Source: the human T2T-CHM13v2.0 reference genome, Homo sapiens
Direction: 5' to 3' (one strand)
NCBI RefSeq assembly: GCF_009914755.1
Contig: NC_060935.1
DNA: 64,000 nt
Each line of letters begins with the position of its first letter. The stretch's first letter is position 1. The position numbers and the translations under genes are program-made. A model generated the notes under the pieces. It was not told where the DNA came from, did not search any database, and was given only the letters and a program-made list of their open reading frames with translations. Shown in pieces: positions 53,717 through 64,000 of this stretch.

Positions 53717-54550
53717 GACATGTTCTTATTAACTTGATGGCACAGTTGGCTGCTAGGTTCCCAGGTCATCTTCTCAGTGATTGCAGTTCTTGCTGTTTCT
53801 TGGACTCCTTCATGTCTCACGCAGTCCTAAGTCCCTTCCTTGCTTCTTAATTAATTTATGTCCTTGGCTTCGCCTCTGCCTATGTGGCACACCCACATAC
53901 CCATAAGGCATGTTCAGGCTGTGTTTTTTAATGTTCTGGCTTGTTCTACATTTGCTAAGGGGGCAAGGACAGCAGTAACCTGGTTGGCTCCATTTGGGCC
54001 TGGCCTATTAATTGAATTTAAAACATTCAAATTCTTATTTAGTCCCTTTTCTCCTTATCTAGATTGTCATTTTCTTTATCCAGCCCAATTTGGTAATGTG
54101 TCAGTCTCATTTTAAGTCATTGGTAAGCTCCTAAAATAGCACACATGATTTGCCGTGTCATTTATCACATCTTACCTAGCAACAGGAAATATATTTTATA
54201 TGGCACAAACCAGGCAATCAGCAATCTATTGTTTTTAAGGTCCTATTTATCTGTTTTAGAGAAAATTATCATCATTTTCTATTCAGAAGGTTTGGATGCT
54301 TCCGAGTACCTGAGGCTCAATACTGCAAGTACTTTTACCAGATGTTAAAAAAAGTTGCCATTCATATTTTATTCTGAGTTTGTGGTCTTTATTCAGAATC
54401 ACACAGGTGTGACTTTTATGAGAATCACACAGGTGTTCAGTGACACTGGTTCCACATCTTTTCCTGGATTGTCAACTTCTCCCTTTTCGATGGATATTTT
54501 CTCTGAACATATAGAATGCTCAAGAGTTTGATATTTTAAAACACCTACAT

Positions 54551-54584
54551 CACACACACACACACACACACACATACACACACA
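54551..54584. repeat. (CA)n microsatellite
   Basis: Directly visible. Confidence 0.9.
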
Positions 54585-54891
54585 TCTCCCTTAACTTGAT
54601 TTCCAAATCTGTCTATTTCTATGGCTCTATTTAGTTTCACAACAAAACGCTTGGTATAGTTGTCTAAGCGCATTGATTTCCGTAACTCTCCTCCCATTTA
54701 TACTTCTATCCACTCTAATCTGACTTTTGCCCCACGATCACTACTTACATCCTAGTTTCCAAATTCTAAAAATACTTTTTTGTACTTACCTTACTTGAAC
54801 TTTCATCTTAGCAATCCATCAATAAATTGTGTGAACCAAAATCTTCAACTTGGTTTCTAAGGAGCCCAAGCTCTCAGTGTGAGGAAAGAGG

Positions 54892-55192
<301 letters not shown>

Positions 55193-55897
55193 AGTGTGAG
55201 GAAAGAGGAAGAGGCAAAGCAACGATGTGGTTTCAGGTGAAGACTAGCCTCCATGAGATTCCACAGGAAGCTCTGGAACATAAATTGTACTGCAGAGCCT
55301 ATTTCACCCTAAAGCAAAGGATCAGAGCTTTTGTACCCACTCCCCAGTCTGACTTTGAACTACCAGGCACAACTGGTAAGACCCTCTAATTGCCCAAGGG
55401 CAAGCCTCCAAATTGAAAGAGAACCCAAAAAATCTTGCGAGGGAACTAACAGCATCTGCTACAGCTTTCTTTCCACTTGACACTTTAACTACTGTATCTT
55501 TCTTGACTTACTCCTTTTTAGCTTCTCCAATATTCTTGGTTTATTTCCTGTTCTTCAGCATCTTGGTTTTTCTTCGTATTCCTGCTCTTTAACCACTGTT
55601 ATTCCTCCAGAGTTTTCCCATTCTGTACTCTTCTTAAATGATCTCACTAACATGCCTGGCTTCAAATACCACCATTTTGCCAAAGGCTCCTGTCTTAGGT
55701 CAAGTTCCAAGAAACAGCCTGAGATGAGGATCCTTGTTAAAATTGTTTATTGACAGAATGCTCTCAGGAGAAGGGAGGTAAAAGAAGCAAGATAAGGTGA
55801 AGAAAATAAGCAAGAATGTGGTCTTGTCTAGAGACTAGCTTCAGTTTGATACCATGGGAAAGCTCTGGAATGCAAAGTGCACCACAGATTTGGTCTC

Positions 55898-56286
55898 TCA
55901 TATATGGTTTGGATGTTCGTCCCCTCCAAATCTCATGTTGAAATGTAATTCCCAGTGGGTGGAGGTGGGGCCTGGTGGGAGCTGATTGGATCATGGGGGA
56001 AGATCCCTCATGAATGGTTTTAACACCATCCCCTTGGTGACAAGTGAGCTCTCACTCCGTTAGTTCACTCATGATCTCTTGCTCCTGTCCTCCCTATGTG
56101 ACATGCTGGCTCGCCTTCATCTTCTGCCATGAGTGTAAGCTTCCTGAGGCCCTCATCAGAAGCAGATGCTGGCACCATGCTTCCTGTACAGCCTGCAGAA
56201 CCATGAGCCAAATTAAACCTCTTTCCTTAATAAATTACCCAGTCTCAGGTATTTCTTAACAGCAACACAAGGACAGACTAACCACA
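55898..56286 (+). mobile_element. MSTB MaLR solo LTR
   Basis: atggtttggatgttcgtcccctccaaatctcatgttgaaatgtaat...aaattacccagtctcaggtatttctt. Confidence 0.88.
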
Positions 56287-58279
56287 GTCTCATTTTAAGG
56301 AAAGAAGGCTGCACCCCTTTGTACCCTCGTGTTAGTCACTGGTTTTAGTCTGCCTGGGGAAGTAGGGGCTTGGGGGGACACTAAATAAAATCACCTAAGT
56401 AAGTCAGATCCTGGCAGCTAATCTTCTCTGTTTGACAATCTCCTCCATTTGACAGCTGTTTCTTTAGCAACATTCAAAGCAGCTGCTGGAAGATAGGTAT
56501 ACCAAAATAATAAAGATGGTCTGAGCACCAAGACATCCACTGCATCCATTTGCCCTTGCATTGCTCAGATCTATTTGCTTTTCACATTAAGTTTATTCTA
56601 TCAAAATACAACTCCTCCAAGATTGTGATTAGTCACAATTTCTGGGAAAACTTTCAAGAGGAAGTTCAGTGGCATGAACTACAGCCCCAGCTGCTGCAAT
56701 TTGTCTGAAGGCCATAACTGATACATATCCCCTCCCTCTTCCCATTCTAGATTTCCCTTCACTTTGTCTAGCACTTCTACTGATCTGTGTACTCCCTGAG
56801 GGGTTAACCTAGAATCTCATCTCTGTGGGGTCTCGGGCCTGGTTACTCTGCACTCATCTGTCCATGGTTGCCCTACTGGCCCATTAACAGACACAACAAG
56901 GCATGGGAGTACTTTGACACCTCAGTGGATGACCTGAGTAACAAATCTATTCCTTCCTATTATGTAGCTTCAATCCTTCCCCTCTTTTCATGATTATAAA
57001 GGTCAGTTACTGCTACGGGTATGGTATCTCCCTTCTTGGCTTGCTAGACTACTGGCACATGGAAACAAAAAGGAATAGGCAGAAACCATAGCTTTGCATT
57101 TAGTGAGACTCTTAACAAATGCTCCCTCATGAAAGCGTACCTTCTCTGCAAACCATAACTTCTAGACCTATAAAGCCTAACATTCAAGAGTTAGGAAACA
57201 CAAATTCCTCACTTACCAGGATCACTGATGAGCAGGATTACTTCTACTTCTACCCTTCGTTTCTGAAATGCTTATATTTTACCTATAAGAGACACACAGC
57301 ACCATATTATGGCTATTGGTTTAAAGCAAACACCACATTCTGAAGGATAACCCACCTCTTCTTGCAAAGTGCCAGGCCTTTACATCCCCTTCATTAGCTA
57401 ATCATTGGCAAAATGCTGTTTCCTGAGAAGGAGTAAAACCTTGGATAATATAGTTCCTTGAAGCCAGTAGCAGCCAGTATTCCCAGAAGCTGGGGTGTGA
57501 GTAAGTCACTCCTGAAGAAGAGGGCATCTGGGTGTAGCACAATAGTATCTATAACACTTTCTTATGTTGCCTGTCGTGGTAAAATATTGCTACATGGCCC
57601 TCAGCTATTCCAGGACCCCATGATCCTCAGTGCTACTGGGAGGGAGTTGTGAAGAACATCTCCAAGCCCTGAGTGATGCTGGTGGCTCCCTCATCAGTAT
57701 ATTCCTTATTGCAATGTTAAATGGAGTATTCTGAGGAACATAGTAAGCTAGTGACTTTTCTCTTCTTATATAACAAACCCACTCTAGTATTCCTGTTAGG
57801 CAGATAGCTAGACATGAGCAGGAGGAGGAGCCCCTAGTGGAGAGAAAGGTCTGAAAAATCTCACACCTGGCTGAATTCTTTCTCCCAGTAAAGACAAAAA
57901 ACTGAGTATTCCTCAGTTCCCAGTAACATTCTCACTTGTCTTCTTTGTTTAAAATGTAAGTTTCCACACCTATTCTTTGTTTAGTGAGAAATATTTTTCC
58001 TCTAAGCTTTCAAATAGAAATGACAGAACCATAGAAGCCCCATCTCCAGTGACTACAGAGTGTCACAGGAAGATGGCTTCATGTTGACAAATTCTTCCTA
58101 ATCCAGCTATATATCCTAGCCACCTTGATCAAGCACCCTCAAGATTCCCTCTCAGTCACACTCTCATATTCCTGGCAGTATGTGTAAGCCAGGTTCAGCT
58201 CCCCCTTTCACATATACCATTTTTCTTCCCTTAGCAATCCAATACTTTCTCTCTTGGACTATGCAAATATTTGACTCCA

Positions 58280-58890
58280 AACCCTTGCACACTGTTGGCA
58301 GGAATGTAAATTAGTACAGCCACTATGGAGAACAATATGGAGGTTCCTTAAAAAACTAAAACTAGAATTACCATATGATCCAACAATCCCACTACTGGAT
58401 ACATATCCAAAAGAATGGAAATCAGTATGTCAAGGAGATACCTGCACCCCTATGTTTATTGCAGCACTATTCACAAAATAAGGAATCAAGAGAAATAAGG
58501 AATGAGCACAAACATCCATCCATGGATTAACAAATAAAGAAATATGGTACATACACACAATGGAATATTTTTCAGCCATAAAACAAGAATAAATTCCTGT
58601 CTTTTGCAGCAACATGAATGGAACTGAAGGACATTATGTTAATTGAAATAAGCCAAGAACAGAAAGTAAATTTCACACGGACTTACTCATCTGTGAAAGC
58701 TAAAAAAGTGGATCTTATGAGGACAGAGAGTAGAATGGTGGATACCAGAGGCTGGGAAAGGAAGAGGGGAGAGGTTGATGAAGGGAACAAAAGAGAATGT
58801 ACATGTATTTATTACCACTGAACTGTATGCTTAAAAATTATAAAGATGGTAAATTATAGATATATATTTTACCTCAGCAAAAATAAATAA
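58280..58890 (+). mobile_element. L1MA 3' end
   Basis: cactgttggcaggaatgtaaattagtacagccactatggagaac...ggaactgaaggacattatgttaa. Confidence 0.85.
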
Positions 58891-58977
58891 TTTTTTGAAA
58901 TTGCCCCCAATTATGGAATAATGGCCAGGAGGAGAGACGGAGATGGATCCTGATAAGCGAAAAAGTTATCTTAAAAG

Positions 58978-59597
58978 GGTGGGACTGTAAACTAGTTCAA
59001 CCATTGTGGAAGTCAGTGTGGCAATTCCTCAGGGATCTAGAACTAGAAATACCATTTGACCCAGCCATCCCATTGCTGGGTATATACCCAAAGGACTATA
59101 AATCATGCTGCTATAAAGACACATGCACACGTATGTTTACTGCGGCACTATTCACAATAGCAAAGACTTGGAACCAACCCAAATGTCCAACAATGATAGA
59201 CTGGATTAAGAAAATGTGGCACATATACACCATGGAATACTATGCAGCCATAAAAAATGATGAGTTCATGTCCTTTGTAAGGACATGGATGAAATTGGAA
59301 ATCATCATTCTCAGTAAACTATCACAAGAACAAAAAACCAAACACCGCATATTCTCACTCATAGGTGGGAACTGAACAATGAGATCACATGGACACAGGA
59401 AGGGGAACATCACACTCTGGGGACTGTTGTGGGGTGGGGGGAGGGGGGAGGGATAGCATTGGGAGATATACCTAATGCTAGATGACGAGTTGGTGGGTGC
59501 AGCGCACCAGCATGGCACGTGTATACATATGTAACTAATCTGCACAATGTGCACATGTACCCTAAAACTTAGAGTATAATAATAAAAGAAAAAAAAA
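58978..59597 (+). mobile_element. L1PA2 3' end (~620 bp) with poly(A)
   Basis: Intact ORF2 C-terminus (ORF 59004..59375); 3' UTR gagatcacatgg and gctagatgacgagtt (GAG, not the L1HS ACA). Confidence 0.9.
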
Positions 59598-60799
59598 GGC
59601 ACTGCCTGTTTTGAGCTCTTTGCATAGTTTTCAACAAAAGAAAGGGAGCCCTCTGTCTTCTAATACTGGGTAGTACTCCTTTTCTATAGACCCAGAAGGT
59701 TCAGAGGAGTCTGAAGTCTCAACATTCTATCAAAATGTAAAGTGCATCTATACAAACAAACTCATTCCAAGTTTTACGATCCCACTCCTTCCCTAGCTGA
59801 GCTAACCTTGGTATAGAATACTTGCCTTGGCTGAAAATTCAACCTTTTATGAAGTTCTACCACTCTGTGCCTTATCTTCATCTGTATCTGTCCTCCAACT
59901 GCATGAGATAAGAATCTCGTTCAATGCTGTTTTCGAAGACCTTGGACTCTCACACTTTGCTTTAATAGTTATGAAACAATCATTTCCTTTTTTCAATGAA
60001 TCACTGGTGCTTAATAAACAGCCCCATGTCCATAGTCCTTATAGCTACTATTTATCTCATGCTTCTCAAATGCTGGGATTGCACTGTAAGTGGCTTCTTC
60101 TTCCACATCTATCCTATCCCAGAAAATCATGGATAAAAGTCTTGGCAGTAGCACTACTAATACATGCTAGGGAATATCAATAGTCTAGTTGCCACCAGTG
60201 AAGTATCTGCATTGCCACCTAGCTAGTAACTGGTCCAGAATTCCATCCTTTTAACATCCTTCCTAGCCCAATGTAAGGAACTTTAAATTATTTACTGGCA
60301 CACAGGCTGGAAAACTGGCAATATTTATAGGTTCAATGCTTTTAACCGGGCTTATTTATTCTGACTGTCTAGGTGTTACCCTTTGAGGCTTTACAAATTG
60401 GCCAAAGTGTGTGTGTATTCTCTGGTTTTGCTTTCAGAAAGGCTCAATATTCTAACATTATGTTATAAAATCGAATTGACAGGAATGCATATAAAAAAAT
60501 AGACATAAAGACTGAAAAGCAATGCATTACAGAAAATAAGGTAATTATTTTCAAGTCTATGTTATACCAACATCACTCATAACCCTAGTCAAAAACAGTC
60601 ACCTCGAAATAATTGGTACACCAAACCTCTGTGACATGCAATTTACCTACATAACAAACCTGTGCAGGTACCTCCTGAACTCAAAAGTTGGAAAGAAAAA
60701 AAAAATAAAAAGTGCTAATAAAATGTGATAAAAAAACTAAAATGTTAATTAAAAGCTGGGTGGATATAAAATGCATATCATTCCATTTTATTCAGAAAA

Positions 60800-62040
60800 A
60801 TTAATTGATGGATTAAAGACTTAAACATAAGACCTAAAACCATAAAACCATAAAACCATAAAAACCCTAGAAGAAAACCTAGGCAATTCCATTCAGGACA
60901 TAGGCATGGGCAAAGACTTCATGATGAAAACACCAAAAGCAATGGCAACGAAAGCCAAAATTGACAAATGGGATCTAACTAAACTAAAGATCTTCTGCTC
61001 AGCAAAAGAAACTATCATCAAAGTGAACAGGCAAACTACAGAATGGGAGAAAAATTTTGCAATCTACTCATCTGACAAAGGGCTAATATCCAGAATCTAC
61101 AATGAACTTCCAGAATGGGAGAAAAATTTTGCAATCTACTCATCTGACAAAGGGCTAATATCCAGAATCTACAATGAACTTAAACAAATTTACAAGAAAA
61201 AAACCCCATCAAAAAGTGGGCAAAGGATATGAACAGACACTTTTCAAAAGAAGACATTTATGCAGGCAACAAACATGAAAAAAAGCTCATCATCACTGGT
61301 CATTAGAGAAATGCAAATCAAAACCACAATGAGATACCATCTTACACCAGTTAGAATGGGGATCATTAAAAAGTCAGGAAACAATAGATGCTGGAGAGGA
61401 TGTGGAGAAATAGAACGCTTTTACACTGTTGGTGGGAGTACAAATTAGTTCAACCATTGTGGAAAGGGGATGGCAATTCCTCAAGGATCTAGAACCAGAA
61501 ATACCATTTGACCGAGCAATCCCGTTACTGGGTATATACCCAAAGGATTATAAATCATGCTACTATAAAGACACATGCACACCTATGTTTATTTTGACAC
61601 TGTTCACAATAGCAAAGACATGGAACCAACCCAAATACCCATTAATGATAGACTGGATAAAGAAAATGTGGCACATACACACCATGGAATACTACGCAGC
61701 CATAAAAAGGGATGAGTTCATGTCCTTTGCAGGGACATGGATGAAGCTGGAAACCATCATTCTCAGCAAACTAACACAGGAACAGAAAACCAAATACCAC
61801 ATATTCTCACTCATAAGTGGGAGTTGAACAATGAGAACACATGGACAGGGAGGGGAACATCACACACCGGGGCCTGTCAGGGGTAGGGGGGCTAGGGGAG
61901 GGATAGCATTAGGAGAAATACCTAATGTAGATGATGGGTTGCTGGGTGCAGCAAACCACCATGGCATGTGTATACCTATGTAACAAACTTGCACATTCTG
62001 CACATGTACCCCAGAACTTAAAGTATAATAAAAAAGAAAT
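60800..62040 (+). mobile_element. L1PA7-like 3' portion
   Basis: [24 protein letters not shown]...; 3' UTR ggggctaggggagggatagcattaggagaaatacc; A-tail. Confidence 0.9.
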
Positions 62041-62059
62041 ATAAAGTGATGCAAATCCA

Positions 62060-62282
62060 AATATATATAAAACATATATATTTGAATATATATTTTTTAT
62101 ATTGGAATATATAAATATATAAAACATATATACTTAAAATATATACAAAATAAAGTAATTCAAACCCAAATATATATAAATATGTATATATTTAAATACA
62201 TACATATTTATAGATTTGAATTTGAGTTACTTTATACATAACACATATTTTATATATATTATGTATATAGCATAAATATATT
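62060..62282. repeat. AT-rich (TA)n-like low-complexity tract
   Basis: Directly visible. Confidence 0.8.
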
Positions 62283-62664
62283 CTGTCACCTGTTATTTAG
62301 CATAATTTTGGAAAATTCACAAGTTATTTTCCAAATATATTTTTGTAAATTTTTTTATAAATAAATCAGTAAAGATTACAAAGAAATATATATTGTGGCA
62401 TTATTGGTATGAAGCTGTTTAAGTCAAAATTATTGAACTCCTGGTTGTCAAAGTTTTGACAATATAAACAAGAATACATAGTTTATCAATGTATTATATG
62501 AATAAACATAATGTATAAATCAAAATAATACACAAATATTAATGTATTTATTAATCTCAAATCATAACTAGACTTTCTATTTTGGACAATCTAAACTACT
62601 ATCATATTTAATAGCATTAAAACAGGTTAAGACACATCACATGCTTATTATGTAATTTATAACC

Positions 62665-62832
62665 TACATTACTTATTACTTAATCTCTCTATTCCTCCGT
62701 TTTCTCATCTGTAAAATGGTAACAATCATACTGCTTGATTCAGAGGGTCATGGCTAGGATTCACTGAGTAACGTAAGTGAACATGTTAGGGTAGTGGCAA
62801 CCATATAGGAGCTACCCAATAAATATTAACTC
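62665..62832 (+). mobile_element. MIR SINE
   Basis: Core ttacttaatctctct..cctccgttttctcatctgtaaaatgg. Confidence 0.8.
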
Positions 62833-63678
62833 TTAATATTTTGTTCTCTCTAAAAGTAAAGACAGTCAAAGATTTTTCAGGAAAGGGTTATGGGAATTCT
62901 TCTTCAACACTACTGTGTGTCTCATGGAGAAGCTATGAATCACCAATAACTGAAGTGACTGTCATAACTGACTCCTTAGGATAAATCAGTGTCTGATGTT
63001 TTTGCTCTTGTTCTTATGAAAAAAAAAAAAAAAGCCTGGGAAAAGATGCTTCCCAATCGTGTTTTTAGTATGATTTGAAAAACTCTGGAATACATTATTA
63101 AATCTGCCACAATCTTGCTATAATTCTAAGTAATTTTCTTTTCCTATTCTTACAGATAACCAGTTATGAACACCTTCTTATATGATTAGATTCACATTTT
63201 AGAAATTAAGAGGGCATTCGTGGTCATCTGCTTCAAGTTCTCATTCCAAGCAGAATTTACTCTACAGGGTAGAGTTTACATCTGACAGATTTGGCCTTGA
63301 CTTATTAATAACACCTCCTCTCTGATAGACATTTGTTGTTTCCTGCAGAGCACACATCCTCCCTCTTTTTGGCAAGAGCGCTCACAATTTTCTTCTAGAG
63401 TCCTCCTCGACTTCATCTCACCCCGTGTGGCTCATAGGATGGACTCCTGTTCCAGGGGTTGCATAAATAGCCCAGGACTGGCTTGCCAGCATATCAAATC
63501 ACCCAAGCCAAGTAACTAATTTGGGGATAGATATGCAGCACAAGTTACTCCAAGAAAACTGGGAAGTCCTCCTTTTCTACCAACTTATACCTGGGAGGAT
63601 TATGGGTCTGCGCTACTGGTGGCTATTTTGCAGACTTCTTGGTAGTCTGTGGAGTATAAAGCAAATAAGGTGGAAAGA

Positions 63679-63733
63679 GTTTTGCCATTACTTTAATGGC
63701 AAAAACCACAATTGGTTTTATACCAACCTAATA
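63679..63733. mobile_element. Partial MADE1
   Basis: gttttgccattactttaatggcaaaaaccacaatt..ttttataccaacctaata. Confidence 0.8.
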
Positions 63734-64000
63734 ATTTGAGCCTTTGAATTATATACTACAATTAGAGTTTTCTGTTGAGTAGGCAAATACATCTCCTTTT
63801 GTTATTATGGCTTTGTTTTTGTTTTGGCTTAAACCAATGAGTGTCAGGTTTTTCATCATTTGCAAATAAAAGTATGCTAACTGGTACACCGAATAGATGC
63901 GTTCATATGTGGCTCTCTTTATATTCTGCCGCCAGAAGCTCATTTTGAACTTGAAGCCAACTTTATCCTTTGTTACTAAATTAGCAGGATCTCTCTGTTA

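Larger units (their letters stand above)
55691..60300 (-). mobile_element. Degenerate ERVL (LTR16-like LTR ~55691-56545 plus HERV16/ERV3-16A3-like internal remnants), interrupted by MSTB and L1s
   Basis: LTR start tgtcttaggtcaagttcc..cctgagatg; internal sequence resembles ERVL by recall; right boundary uncertain. Confidence 0.45.

Overview
AT-rich primate genomic DNA, most likely human or another great ape (it carries AluY and an L1PA2 3' end). I see no intact protein-coding gene. The ORF track is explained by repeats, pseudogene fragments or chance. The main non-repeat feature is a processed plastin-1 (PLS1/I-plastin) pseudogene on the minus strand (~24444-29225). It has a remnant poly(A) tail and a target-site duplication (TSD), and is split by a full-length THE1D MaLR provirus. 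The retrocopy appears to lack exactly one internal PLS1 exon, so it may preserve an exon-skipped mRNA. Most of the rest is interspersed repeat: Alu, nested L1, MIR/L2, THE1/MST/MLT, LTR16/LTR18/MLT2A2 ERVL elements and MADE1. Structures the repeats do not explain include a ~210-bp diverged fold-back palindrome with a duplicated loop (9464-9718), an ancient duplicated LTR junction (11895 and 18881), micro-retrotransposition events, and a CArG/TEAD/FOX motif cluster in unique DNA. Subfamily names and PLS1 exon boundaries come from recall of consensus sequences, not from searches. Coordinates of old repeats are approximate. I found no convincing novel multi-gene system.
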